This document shows, piece by piece, positions 47,890 to 60,640 of a stretch of DNA of 64,000 bases. The first letter of the stretch is position 1; each line of letters begins with the position of its first letter. The notes under the pieces were generated by a model. The model searched no databases. It had not been told where the DNA came from and worked only from the letters and a program-made list of their open reading frames with translations. Origin of the DNA: Takakia lepidozioides (taxonomy: Eukaryota; Plantae; Bryophyta); the NCBI GenBank assembly GCA_030704615.1, contig CM060734.1:11966001-12030000 (forward strand). The letters are read 5' to 3'. The translations under genes were made by a program, and so were the position numbers.

Positions 47890-49160
47890 AGATGAGGTGT
47901 GCAGTTCAGGCCACCTTCACCTTCTGTGTCTTCTGATAAAGGTTTTGATTCAGACTCTAGGATATTCACGCCGCAGGTGCTAGCTATTTCTTTGCCATTG
48001 TTGTGGGACACCATGGAAGAAATGTATAGAGCTATCAATGGGCCTCGTAGCTACTCTGGAGCTGAGGGCACCATTGAGCTTGATGATTTCATACATGAGT
48101 TTGATAGTTGGTATAATTTGCAGCAGATGTGCAATCCACATCTGTTTACGCCTTTTATGGCGTGGAATGGGTTATTTCAGTACCTTGAAGGGTCGCCCAC
48201 GGATGACTACCATGAGTTTAGGCGGGGATATGAGGTGGAGATTGAGGAGTGCAGGGTGTACTAGTCACCTAACTATATCTCCATCACTAAAGGCACAAAA
48301 GCAGCGGCGACACTGGTAGTTTCTGCAAGCAATAGTGGGACAAGTGATAAATAAACTGGGACGTCCACCCAAACTCATGCCGCAACACCGGCACCCGTGC
48401 CTACCTTTAACCCAGTTGTGGAGTTCTAAGAGGAGTTAAGGAAAAACTACCAGGGGATAAGGACGGAGAATTTGCGGAGCTTGCAAGAGTTTCAACGAAA
48501 GCCTACTGAGAGTTTGATGGAGGCTTATACTTGCATTAGGCGCTTGATAAATATAACCCAAGGGGTTACGGAAGCTCAGGCAGTCCAATTCTGGTATGGG
48601 ATATTGGATAAGGAACTGAGGAGAAAGGTGCGAGATGCAACTCTCTTACAAGTGGCCCAACCCACCTTAGCAAATGGGTTTTTGCTGGCAGAGCGGATAG
48701 AGCTCAATATGGTGGATGAGCGGGTGGTTATGGTGGGATTGGGTAAGGAAACACTATGGGGTGGTGCTCCTAACCAACAACAACAACCACCCCAACGTGC
48801 TTAAGGCAACAAGGGGGCTCAGACGAAGCCCAAGGAAGGTCAGAGAGGATCTTAGATGCAGAGGTCTCTTCCTTCATTCTCAGGCCAGCAACAGGCGGGT
48901 GTGTCATGTTGGAATTGTGGAGGACCCCATGTTAAGAAGGACTACCCAGATAGAGGCAAAAGGTCGACACAGACACAGCCTACACAGTTGTAGTATGGGC
49001 ATTATGGCAAGTATAGGCATGAAGAGGCCCATTGTTATGACTTGCATCTTGAGCTATGGCCAGACCAGTTCCAATGGAACAATGGTGGCCAAGGACGAGG
49101 CAATGTAGTTCAGAAAGGAAGAGTAGGCAGAGGTCGTGGTGGAGGTCGTAACCAAATCCT
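47890..49160 (+). pseudogene. Decayed Ty3/gypsy gag
   Basis: IELDDFIHEFDSW, LQEFQRKPTESLMEAY..IRRL, QFWYGILDKELRRKV and zinc knuckle CWNCGGPH; stops and frameshifts. Confidence 0.7.
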
Positions 49161-52100
49161 AGCCTCTGACACTCATCACAATTCTTGCAAAACTTGTGTA
49201 CATCCTTGAATAAAGCAGGCCACCAGTAACCTGCAAGTAGTATTTTATCTAAGAACACTTGCATGAAATAATCCAAATACGCATGGAAAGATTCACTTAT
49301 CACTCCACTACAACAGATCGCTGTAATTATGACTGCCAAACCGTGGTAGTCATGGTTTTCTTGACTTTGACCATGATTGCACCATGTTTTTATATGAAAT
49401 TGACCTCCCTCAGTCGTTCATACGACTGTAGTCATATAAACGACTATCTAAGTAGTCGTCTGTATGACTACATGGCTCCGGAATGGGCGGAAGGCTGGTT
49501 AATGGCAATTGACTAGATTTAGCTCACCACTGATAGACATTTCCATGACTACAGTGTACATAGATGAGGTTATATAGTCATGATGACTACTGGGGATTTT
49601 GTAATTTGGTGTGTATAATACAATTAAAACACCATAGGATCATATGAATGACTAATGGGTGTATTGGTTAGCAGGTAGTGAACTATAATTCGTATAGTAA
49701 AGAGGTTGGAGGTTCAAACTCCTCTAAGTACAATCAAATGGATAAGATCGCCCTAAGGTTAGTAGGCGAGCTAGAGATAGCACATGGCACCTTAGATGGG
49801 CTGCCACGTGGTTTTTTTCATTATTATAAAATGCATTATGCCACGTGGCACAACGCGGTACGACGCGGCGTCTGACATTTTTTTTAATATTTTTTGAAAA
49901 AAAATGTTTTTATTTTTTAATCAATTGCGCCTCGCCACGTGGCGCGGCAGCAGCGACTGCAGTATGGTATATATGACTGCAGTGAGAGATATCATTTGGT
50001 TTATCTGACTGTAGTCATCCGGACCGTACCATCATGTACTCATTGTATTCACTTGGTTTGCACGACTTACAGTCATAAAAGTCATATGTACCATTTATGA
50101 CTGCAGAATAGTCATATATACAGTCATAAATATCGCGATCTGTTGTAGTGCTCTCTGGAAAGTTGCTGGTGCATTACAAAGTCCAAAAATACATGACTTT
50201 GTATGTATAAGCACCCCAGTCTGTGATGAAAGTTGTCTTTCTCTGATCCTCTTCAGCTACTTGTACTTGGTTATACCCACTGAAACCATCCATGAATGAG
50301 TACATCTCATGGCCTGCCACAGTGTCCAGTACAGCTTCTGTGAATGGCAAAGGAAATGGATCTTTCTTTGTACAATCATTCAACTTCTTATAGTTCACAC
50401 AAACTCTCAGTTTGTCATTCTTCTTGGGAACTAGCACCCAACCCAACCTTCTGTGCATAGTTGGGATTCATCATGTACCTTGCCTGTTTGATTGGTACTG
50501 ACCCTGGTTCCAGTTCAATCTTATGCTGGCAGATCTCAGGTGGTATCCCTTTTAGATCTTTATAGCTCCAAGCAAATACATCTTTGTATTTGATAAACAG
50601 GCTCTTAGCTTCCTCAAAGAATTTTGGCTCTAAGTCAGCCCCAACTTTCACCATTCTTGGTTCCTCCTCAGTTCCCACATTCACTTCTCTCACTTGCTCT
50701 TCAGCTGTGATTGTCCATCCAGCCACTACTCATCCTGTAAACTCACAGTGGCTGGTTCCTCTAGGATTTCTATTTCTCCCTCTCTTTCTTCATAGAAATG
50801 TGGTGGGTAATTGCTTGTTTCCCCCTCAATTGGTGTTGCTGTTACTGCACCACAACATATACCTTTAAAGCAACTCAGGCCTCCCAGTTGCATTTCTGTA
50901 ACCTGCTCCCACTCTGGGTGTGCAGCAAACAGTGTAGCTTCCTGCTCCTCATCAAGCCCTCCCCTCCAGTCATACTCTCTGACTTCACGAGGTCTCCGTA
51001 TAGCAAGTAGCCTACCAGATTTCTTAGTGGTGATCTATATCTTGTGCTCCCCATCATGCACTGTCAGTAACTAGGAATTCCAGTCATGGAATACCCTGGC
51101 CTGTTTCAGCCATGGTCGACCCAGCAATAAGGAGTAAGCTTCCATGACATCATCCATTTTCAACACAGTCACTGTGATCTTAAAGATCATCTTTTGAATC
51201 TGTATCTTTACTCCTCTTATCAAGCCTAATGGCTGTACACTCATTTGATCTGCCATTATTACTGTGAATGGGGCTGGTTTCATGTTACTTAGACCAAGCT
51301 TCTGCCTTAATTGGTCTGTCATAATATTCACTCCTGAGCCTCCATCTACTCGTACATCAGTCAAGTCTGTGCTTCTAATTCTCAATTGGCTTACTGGCAT
51401 GGAATCATCAAAGTCCATGACTGTTTCTCGCCCTTCAGGCTTCACATTATAACTTGTCACCCTGCTGTTCAGGTCTGTGTTCTCTGTCACATGAGCAATC
51501 TGATTGATTGCTTGATACAACCTGTGTCTACAATGGGGTGCCACAGCCAATAGCTGCCCAATTGTAATCTCAGCTTTGGACTGGCATATTACTTCAGCCA
51601 AAGTCCCGTCATTATCCTGCACCTGTGAAGCCTCTTGTTTCACTTCCTCTTCACCTTCTTCTTCTCTTTCAGAGTCAGAAGAATCTGCCATAGGGATATC
51701 AGTATCCTTTTGCATTTCCCTTATGGTATCAGCCACTTCCTTGTGCAGTTCCTTCTTATCTCTCCAAGCCTCATCATCTTCAGGCACATCACTGCCATCT
51801 TCATTTACATCTTCCTCCTCATCCACTGGAGGTATTAGTTTAGCTTTGTTTCTGGTAACTATCATCGTACTTACTTCTGGTACAAAACATGGCATAACCA
51901 TGTGAGCTGCCACTATTGGGCCTTCATTCACAGGAGCTCTCATCTCATTCTGGTATCTGATCCAGAATGGATAGGCTGCTTTGCAATGCCCTGCTTGGTT
52001 ACAATAGTAACACAGTTCCTCACCATTGGGTCCTCGCCCTTGGTCTATTATGGGATTATTTCTATAATCCTGATTCCCTGGCTGGTAATTCCCCTTGGAT

Positions 52101-53851
52101 TACCCTGATAGTTGCCTCTGGAATTGCCTTGGTAATTCCCTCTTGGATTACCTCTTTCTGCCATGCCATTGTTATATCCACCAGACCTACCATAGTGGTC
52201 ATGATCATTGTTTCTTCTTGGCTGGGGTTGCACTTGATGCACCCTCACTTGCCTAGGTTCTCTCGCAGCTGTCCTTCTGTTGTAATAACAATTCTCAGTA
52301 GAATGGTTATCCATTTTACAGATAGTACAATGTTTCTCCTTCATGTGGCATTCAGCTGTGGTATGACCTTCATTTTGGCACTTTGCACACCAAATACCCT
52401 TCCTCCAATGTGTTGCAGCCTCTGTGGCGTACTTTTTCAAGATTTCTTCCAAATTTTTTTCATAGTTGTCCATCTTCAACTTTTCCTTCTTCTTGCTCTT
52501 TCTCCTGAGCTCTTGCTCTTCTTCCTCACCTGACTCATCTTCAGAGTCCTCATCATCATTTTTATCTCTTCTGAGCATTCCCAATTGCTCAATTCTGTTG
52601 GCTGTTTCGAATGCCTCCTCCACTGTATTATATGGTAGCATATCCACTTTCTTTTGTAATTCAAGTCTTAGTCCACTCACAAACCAAGACTTCTGTAATC
52701 TTGGTGCCGGTACAGCAGCCAGCTTTTTCATCATTAACTCCATCTTTTCCATGTACTCTTCAACAGTTTCATGCTTCTTTTGCCTTAACTGTTGTAAACT
52801 CCCATTCTCTTCATCCTCAGTTTTGCTTGTCCTGAACCTATTTCGGAATGATGTACTAAGGCCATTCCAGGTTAGGAAATGATTATTAGGAAACCTTGCA
52901 TACCATTCATTTGCTTTCTTGATAAGTGAACAAGGAAACAGTCTCATCTTGGCATCATCACCATTCTCATTGTTCACAATACACATGTGCTCAAATTGGC
53001 TGATGTGTACATCAGGATCCCTTTTTCCTGCATATATTGGAAAAGGTGGCTTTGCCCGTGTTGGAGGTACTGCCATCTGTGGCCCTACACCTTGCCCTCT
53101 GACAGGTGCTGGTCCTCCTGTTGATGCTGGTCCTTGAGGACCTGCTGTTGTAGTGGTGGAACTCCCACCCGGTGTTGGCCCCTGAGCACTTCTTGCTACT
53201 GCCCCCCCTGTATTTGCAATACCCCCAGCTCCAGTTGCACTACTTCTCACATTCCCTGTCCCCCCAGAGCCAGATCCAAGCTGCCCGCCTGATCCCCCTG
53301 AGCCGACACCTTTTGTTGGCCTATGATCCAAGTGCTCTACTTGATCCAGGTCCAACAAGTTGGGATGTCCTGGTTGTAGTCTCAACCTCAACTGTTGGGT
53401 CTACTTCTTCATACTCTTCATCTTCCAAATTATTCTCTATGTTTTCATTTTCCAAGTTCTTCTCTTGGATTTCTTCTTCCTCACTCATATAACTCAACTG
53501 AAGTGATGTTGGAGAGTCTGAACTCTCCGTTGGCTCTGCCACATCTTCCTCTCAGATATATTTCAGAAACTGGAGTTCTTGCTCTTGGTAATCCATGCCA
53601 ACTCTTATCAAAGATTTCAGTCAAATCTTTAACCCAGGGATGTACCTCAGATCTTTCCCCTTGTGGCTGATCTTCTTCCTGTACCAAATCCCTTAATCTT
53701 TCTTGTAAGGAATAAGAAGGTGTGGCATCCAATTATGGTTCTTCCGGTATGGGTGATGTACTCTCTGGCCTTAATGGTGTGAGAGGTCTAGATGATTCCC
53801 CTATGTCTATTCCTCTCTCAGTGGTGAGGCTGGGGTAATGACCAGTCATAT
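49161..53851 (-). mobile_element. Ty3/gypsy (non-chromovirus-like) gag-pol remnant, internally deleted, interrupted by a CACTA element
   Basis: gag DPDVHISQFE..KMRLFPCSL..ANEWY with CxxCxxxGHxxxxC knuckles; protease VRVDGGSGVNIM..LLGRPWL; RT LRVCVNYKKLN, FMDGFSGYNQV, NAPATFQR, QVFLD joined directly to integrase Zn-finger GYWWPALFKDVHKFCKNCDECQR. Confidence 0.9.
49306..50150. mobile_element. Non-autonomous CACTA element (845 bp)
   Basis: TIR CACTACAACAGATCGC / GCGATCTGTTGTAGTG; 3-bp TSD ctc (49303-49305, 50151-50153); atgact/agtcat subterminal repeats. It splits the RT sequence ATFQR|VISE. Confidence 0.95.
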
Positions 53852-55125
53852 TGTAGAAAAAAAACTGGAATCAACCCCAGGAAAAAAGATCAATTAGTTT
53901 TGAGGTTCGTTTGCACGGAAAACACTATACGATTGTGAAATAACAATGCTAGACTATTCTATCTCTCTCTATCCCTTCCTTGGATCGACTTTTACCACCA
54001 GTCATCTTTATCTAACACGATCATCATTCTTCCAGTTTCATAAATATTTTCTCCATCCTCTATTAACTTGGCTCCATCAGCTGTAATTAAATACCATTGC
54101 TCAACTATATTTTTCCTCCAATAGTCTTCTTTATAGATGGTCGATAATTCCCTATACCATCATTTGCTCACCAATTGTAATTGTAGTATCTCTTTATCGC
54201 TGCAACAAAGCTTCTTAAAGATATCTATCGACAGATTGTCTGGTAGATTAGTAATCAACTCGGCCAATTCTTTTACTTCCTCATCAATTGACTTTTCCAT
54301 TCAAATTCTTGTTCCTTCTCTATTAATCTCCCCTGTCTAATTCAATCAAGGTCTTCCTACTCCAAAGTCTTTGATCCATGCCTTCATATATTCAGAATAT
54401 CCATCTAAAGGACAACACCACATCTGGATCCACTTACGTTGCAGATGACAATGTTTGTATAGAATTGATAACTCCTTGTACCAGGCTTTACTTACACTCT
54501 CTAATTGCACTAATTCTGCATCATTACGGGATAGACTCTTATATCATAATCGATACATCTCTTGGTAGCCCAGGAATTAATTCACGCACATAATTCTCAT
54601 CTCCTCCAATGATGCACATTCTCACCATCTCATACAATCATAATTACTCAATCATTACATTCAGAATCGGATTCACATTCCATCATTCCATTTCTTCACA
54701 CAAAATAGATTGAATTGAACTTCCTTCTTTTTCTTGGCTTCTTCTATGATTCGTAAACATTACGTTGCAACATCACATGACTAATCTACCATTGAGAAAA
54801 TTACTCTATTTTCTAATTCCTACACACATACTCACTCTGGTCACGGCTTTTTGGCTCATCTGACAATGATTTATTGTCCCGCAGCTAAATTATAACAATC
54901 TGTCTCAACAACTTCTATAACCGTCTAACTTCTTCTAGTCATCCAGAATATTCATTCATCCATTTTCTTTATTATCGATTCAAGTCGGACTATCGATCGT
55001 CATAAAATATCGAGCAATGTTACTATATCAAATCTGTATCGATAGTATCACAGAGTATATCGAGCAGGAAATGCACTAAATAATCCTAAAATTAAATCTG
55101 AACCAAAAATTTCTATTATTCTACA
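53852..55125 (-). mobile_element. 3' LTR (1274 bp) of LTR family X
   Basis: TGTAGAA...TTCTACA ends, preceded on minus by PPT aggagtgggg-cta (55138-55126). No PBS follows. Confidence 0.8.
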
Positions 55126-55180
55126 TAGCCCCACTCCTAGTTGTGCAGTGCCCCCGCAAACACTAAGGCTCTGCTCCTAC

Positions 55181-57542
55181 CTAATTCCTAGGCTTCTTGT
55201 TCTGCCTGCCATCAGGGCCATGCGATTGACGATGTCCGGCTCGGTCAGCTGCTTCCCTCTGCGCCTTGGTGAACGCAACGTAAGGGTGAAATCGGGTTCC
55301 CCCCCAATCGTCATAGATCGTAGAATCGGTTGGCTGAAGAAAACCTGTCAAGCACATCAATTCAAACACTTGAATCCATCTGGCTGGATGGTGCAATATC
55401 TTGGCCACAAGTTCAAACTCATAGCCACCCAACATCGGCTGGTTCACATCAATGACCAAACTGGAGACACCACTTCGCCAACACTCCACAAAATATCGAT
55501 GCCATGAAGCACAATGATATGCGTCTGGTGGGTGTGATGGAAATCCTGGTAAGACTTATTACAAGAGTCGAATGTGTTGAAATCACCTGGGCAATAGCGG
55601 CTGCTGTGGGCCGATTGATAGACAAGTCCACCACCCAATCATCTGTCAAAACCTCTGGCCAAGACTTCACCTAGAGCCATGATGTCAATCGATTCCTAAT
55701 AGCTGTCAACGTCTAGACATACGTAGCTCCATGCAAATCCCTACTATTACTCCTCCGATACCTGTAATAGGACTTCTCAATCATAATCCGAAACTTCTCC
55801 TCCTGTAACACAATAGCCACCAAGGCTTGCACCTTCTCCAAATAGGGGGCAATTTCTCTTCCTTAGGCATAGGCAATGTTGACAAAAATGCACAACCTGG
55901 GTTTTGATTCCATGTGATATTGGCAGTCATCTCTCCCCTCCACGCTTCCAATCGATTTTCTAACTGTTGGTAATATAGAAAGCATCGAGAGGAAGGATCA
56001 CCTACTGTGGCAAGGAACATAGTAGGATCGACCACATCCAGATCGCCTTGAATAATCATCTGTACTGCCAAACTCTCCATCTCATAGTCACACACGAATG
56101 GCCACTCTTCCTCCAAATCGATGGGCTCTTCTGCTCCATTGAGAGCTGCCTTCAAAATATTACTGTCATAAATGTAACCTTGACTGAGTGTGTCAGCATA
56201 GCAAACATCCCACCAATCGACAAGAATCTGGGTCCCCAACAAAAATGGATCCTGCACTGGAGTCACTCTCAATTGGTCCAACTCTTCCAATTGTGCCTTA
56301 CCGGCACTTTCCAATTCTCTCATCTCACCTTCAGCCATCAATTTAAACTTTGCAAAGACTGTTTCCAATTCTTTATACCTTGCATCTGGATCTGCTTGCT
56401 CAGCACGTCGTTTCTCCAACTTTGTTTGTCGTCGTAATGCCTCAGCCAATTGCTGCTCCAATTCGGCAATTCGATTGTCTTTATGTTGCGATCGATTGGC
56501 TTGCAGCTGAATCAAATCGTCCTTGTCAGCAATTGTCTTCACATATTGTGCCTCCTTCCCTCTCCACTGTTCCTTGATTGCCTGCAGCTCCTTGGCATCA
56601 GCATCTGATTTCTTCTTCAATTCATCCCATCCTCCCTACAATTGTCTGTTTTGTGAAACGGAAGCAACATAACTGGCTTTCAATTCCTCTAATTCTTTGC
56701 ACACATCTTCATTGTCAATTGCCTCAGCTGCTACCATCTGCAAACCAGCAACCAGGAAGGGTTTGTCTGACTCCCTACATCCTTGCATGCAGAAGCAACG
56801 ATAGCCATGTTTGCATTGGGGGTTGCATTGATCTTCGACCCCTTGAGCACTGGACTCAAAGTTGTTTGTCCTTGGCGCCTCAATTTCATCGGGAGGGGGT
56901 ACTTCCAATCGATGCTGAAGGATCATAGAAAGATAAGTCGCACAGAGCTGTCAGCCTTCGATGTCAGCCTCTTTTTGAACAACTCCTCATGAATTTTTCC
57001 ACATAAGAACTCGGCCCAATTGAGACACAAGCCTTCATACAATGCTATTGCCACATTCAATTGCCTACCCGCTACATAAGTAGCAATTTTCTTCAATGTC
57101 AATCGGCTTACTACAAATTTCAACCATTCCATTAGCTCCGGACTGATCGCTTTGGCAATTGTCCAACCTCCTATTTGATTGCATCCGTTCAGTTTGAAAT
57201 AATTATCCGGATTGAAATTTTCATCTCTGAAACCATCAACCTCTCCTTCTGCTCTAGGTACTTTGAGAACCTCTGTAATTGTGCGTGCATTCACCACAAT
57301 TCCACTCCAATACCACTCCTTCTATTAGGATCGTAGGTGCAATAATACTGCATCACTACCGCCATGATCGGCTTCGGCAAAGTAGCAGATAAGAGCAAAA
57401 ACTCAAACAATGCTGACTGTCTCCACTTCTATTTCTGTGCAGTAGTGCCCAAAATCAATGGAGCGTCGCAAAATTTCAACTTTGCTGCCATCATCCCAAC
57501 TGCCGGTGGTAATTGTGGTATCACCTTCCCTCCTGTCGGCAT
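55181..57542 (-). pseudogene. Extra 3' ORF of LTR family X (ca. 780 codons, frameshifted), unknown function
   Basis: Consecutive same-strand ORFs 56923..57297, 56636..56926, 55781..56620, 55449..55670 and 55181..55489 end about 40 nt before the PPT. Coiled-coil middle; second copy at 60641-61940. Confidence 0.7.
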
Positions 57543-57789
57543 CGTGCGTTAAAAAAGAAATAGCTTCACAGTCAATCAATCACTCTTCACACTTGAACAT
57601 TGCACAATGCTTACCTCTCAACCAGAAAGAGAAAAATCGACAATTGACAATGAAGGACTCCATCGAACACAAACAATGGACATGACAATGGAGTAGCAAC
57701 CGCCCCACTCCTATCTGTGAAACCGGTTAACATACCCTAACAAGTGGCAACCCCTGATACGATCGCAGTGGTGACTGTCAGAGGTGACA

Positions 57790-58080
57790 GAGAGGGGCAC
57801 TCACTGTTTTGGGCTACAATTGAAACACAAAATACGAATGTTTCAGGGGGGCACAAACAATGTGCGGTCCCGCACACTGTTTCATGCTTCCATTTTGCTC
57901 CGATTCAAGCCTGCTACAAACACTAGAAGGGATACACTTCCAACCAAAAAACAGAGTGTGAGTGGGGCAGAAACAGTGTGCGGTGCCGCACACTGTTTCG
58001 TGCTGCCATTTTGCTCTGATTCTAGCCTGCTACACACACCAGAAGGGATACATTTCCAACCAAAAGAGAGAGTTCCAACT
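57790..58080. repeat. Degenerate ca. 120-bp tandem repeat
   Basis: ggggca.aaaca.tgtgcggt.ccgcacactgtttc.tgct.ccattttgctc.gattc.agcctgctaca.acac.agaagggataca.ttccaaccaaaa at ca. 57848 and 57965, plus a partial unit near 57795. Confidence 0.8.
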
Positions 58081-58647
58081 GCATGTTGTACCTTCACTCC
58101 TTGCATCTCATCCTCATGCTTGGTCTGCAATTGGAATAATTGCTGCCTGTGTGTCTCCTGCAGCTGGTCTTGCTCTAGACCCCCTCAATCAATTGCTCCT
58201 TAGCGAATTGCAAAGCAGCCCTTGTTTCCCCTAACTCATGTTGTAACTTCAGATGAACTTCCTCATCAATCTTGGCCTCTGAAACTTCTTTTTCTGCACA
58301 TGACATACAAATGCAGTCAGAATTCATGATGGAAGGAGAAGCTAAAGAGGAAGAATGGGTATGACAAGGGAAATAACACTTACGAATCGGGTGACAAAAC
58401 GCTTGCTTCCGCCGGGGCCCCACTTGTGTGTTGATTCCGCACACTTATCGGGCGGGCTGCAGTTGCTGCACGGCCCCTCACAAGATCTCCGCCTTCAGCT
58501 CTCCCTCTCCCTTGCAATGAGAGCCTCCCAAGATTCCCGTCCATCCCCAACAAAGACACTATAAATGTTAATGAACTCCATAGCGCAATAAACATGCATT
58601 CAAAGACGCCAATGACAAAGTGAAGTGCGTCTTACCTTGGTTATTCC

Positions 58648-59661
58648 ATGTGGCATGGTCGTTGGTTGGACCCCCACCTTGAGTATCTTGCGAATGGTTT
58701 GTTGCACACGGTACCTCTTGTCCTTGAGGTTCTTTCCCACCAGCTCCAAGAGCTTCCCCTCATTCCACTCACAAGGAAATTGGCAATGAATCAGCTCATT
58801 GAGGATTATCATTTTGCGCGGTACTGGTCTGAGGCAGGCACCATGTTGAAGGAGTTAATTGTCTTCCAAGTTGTTCATGGGCACATTCACACCAAGACCA
58901 AGGAGGTAGCCAGTTTGGTCATGGGTTGTGGAGTATATTACACTGCTTGTTTCATTGCACGTTATCACGTTGAACAGCAGAAGATGCAATGCAGATTTCT
59001 GAGTTATTCCAATGGCGATCATTGGATCTTACCATCAGTGCCACATCATACGTACTTATATGATGTAAAAATCATGTTGCAGAATGATTCACAACTTCGT
59101 TCATGGTTTAACTTGGCTTGGAACATCTTGGCCAAAGAAAAATTCGGCTTTGAAGATATTTTTACTAAGGGCCAAGCAGCCTGGAGGTATTTACACACTT
59201 CCCAAGTAATCGGAACGCCTCTCATTTATACGGACAAGGAGTTGAGGGTGTTCACTAACATGGCTTGTGACCGCTTACAACAGGTCATGAATGGTAAGCT
59301 TCCAAACATGGTGGGCCAACACAGCATGCCAATCATCATTCCTCAGAAACCAAAGAAGATCAGAAAACCAAAAAACCGCAGGACTGAGGACGATTCAGAC
59401 ACTACAATTGAATCTTCAGAGAAATCTTTTGACATATGGGAAGAATATGAAAACTCAATGATGGACAAAAGACGAAGGGGATCTCCTATGTCTGAGCAAT
59501 TACAGCCTGTTCAATCAAAGGGCAAGAAATCAATTTCAGGTACAGCTCAAGCATCTCCATCAAGCAGTCACAAAACTCGGGCACGCACACAGAGCCCTAC
59601 AAGGAACTCTCAACAGCAAAAAGGTATTCGTTCACAAAGGGTTGCTGATCCTAAACAGTAA
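58648..59661 (+). CDS. Uninterrupted ORF of unknown function directly upstream of a PPT and LTR (family Z)
   Basis: 337 open codons with a globular-looking middle and a K/S/Q-rich tail. Stop is 25 nt before PPT aggggaagggg (59686-59696). The true start is uncertain. Confidence 0.55.
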   Translation: MWHGRWLDPHLEYLANGLLHTVPLVLEVLSHQLQELPLIPLTRKLAMNQLIEDYHFARYWSEAGTMLKELIVFQVVHGHIHTKTKEVASLVMGCGVYYTACFIARYHVEQQKMQCRFLSYSNGDHWILPSVPHHTYLYDVKIMLQNDSQLRSWFNLAWNILAKEKFGFEDIFTKGQAAWRYLHTSQVIGTPLIYTDKELRVFTNMACDRLQQVMNGKLPNMVGQHSMPIIIPQKPKKIRKPKNRRTEDDSDTTIESSEKSFDIWEEYENSMMDKRRRGSPMSEQLQPVQSKGKKSISGTAQASPSSSHKTRARTQSPTRNSQQQKGIRSQRVADPKQ

Positions 59662-59699
59662 ACCGTGAGGACACGACTTTTTGATAGGGGAAGGGGTAA

Positions 59700-60640
59700 T
59701 GTTAGAGGACTGTCTGGGACTTAGGCACTTTTATGGGTTCCAAGGGGTACCCTTATTTTTTACATAGACCAGTCACAGCTAGTCACAGCCCGACACAGTC
59801 GCACAGCCAGTCACAGCTCGACATAGCCCGACACAGCCCGACACAGTCGCACAGCCAGTCACAGCTCGACACAGCCCGCCACAGCCTGACACAGTCGCAC
59901 AGCCAGTCACAGCTCGACACAGCCCGACACAGCCCAACACAGTCGCACAGCCAGTCACAGCCCGTCACAGTTTCACACAGCCAGTCACAGCTTGACACAA
60001 CTGTCACGACCATAGGGAACGGATAGCAGGACAGGGAACGACTGTGGGGAACAACATCTGCGAATGGAACATGTTAGTTCACGGATGACGGTTAGTGAGG
60101 GAAACGGTTAGAACAACGGGTAGGAAGATAAAGCTAGGAGCGGGGACTGGAAAGGGATCACTGCTTGGGGAATCCCGGGGGGACATCACGGAGGACGGAC
60201 GGAGGAAGATGGGGAGAGAATAGGAATGATGATGATACTACAGAGAGGAGGAGGAGACAATTGCGACTTAGTTAGTAGAAGCTGTAGAATTACATAGAAA
60301 GGTAGATTAGAGAAACTGTGGCATCAACATGTATCTGATTATCATTAATCTGATTCTTATCCGATACAAACACCTTGTGTAGAGAGACTTGAGTGAAGTT
60401 GTGTATGAATGGAATCAGAGGGTCAAAGGAGCAATCTGACGCTTAAATGTACTTGGTAAATAAGAACTGAGAATATGAAAGCCAGAAGGAATATAAATTG
60501 GAAACCCAACCATGATTCACTAGCTGTAGGTCATGACTGATTGTTCTACGCGGGCTGAGTGCTTAGAGATATCCAACTCTTCTATCTTGGAGTTTCCCCC
60601 TCGGATAGCGAAGGGATGGGTGAGTAAAAGCCGCGCGACA
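59700..60640 (+). mobile_element. 3' LTR (ca. 940 bp) of family Z, inserted in a copy of the family X ORF
   Basis: PPT-taa-TGTTAG start and cgcgACA end, after which the family X ORF resumes (caattgaattgccgaattggag). Confidence 0.7.
59770..60005 (+). repeat. 48-bp tandem repeat (ca. 4.5 units) made of cacag submotifs, inside the LTR
   Basis: cacagcccgacacagtcgcacagccagtcacagctcgacacagcccga repeated. Confidence 0.92.

Noticed and set aside
53838-54005. Tf1-like self-priming via accagtcat repeated inside the LTR
   Set aside because: The two copies are direct repeats, not complementary, so they cannot self-prime.
59733-60026. Repetitive peptide ORFs (HSPTQSHSQSQLD / SSCDWLCDCV)
   Set aside because: By-products of a stop-free 48-bp tandem repeat inside an LTR.
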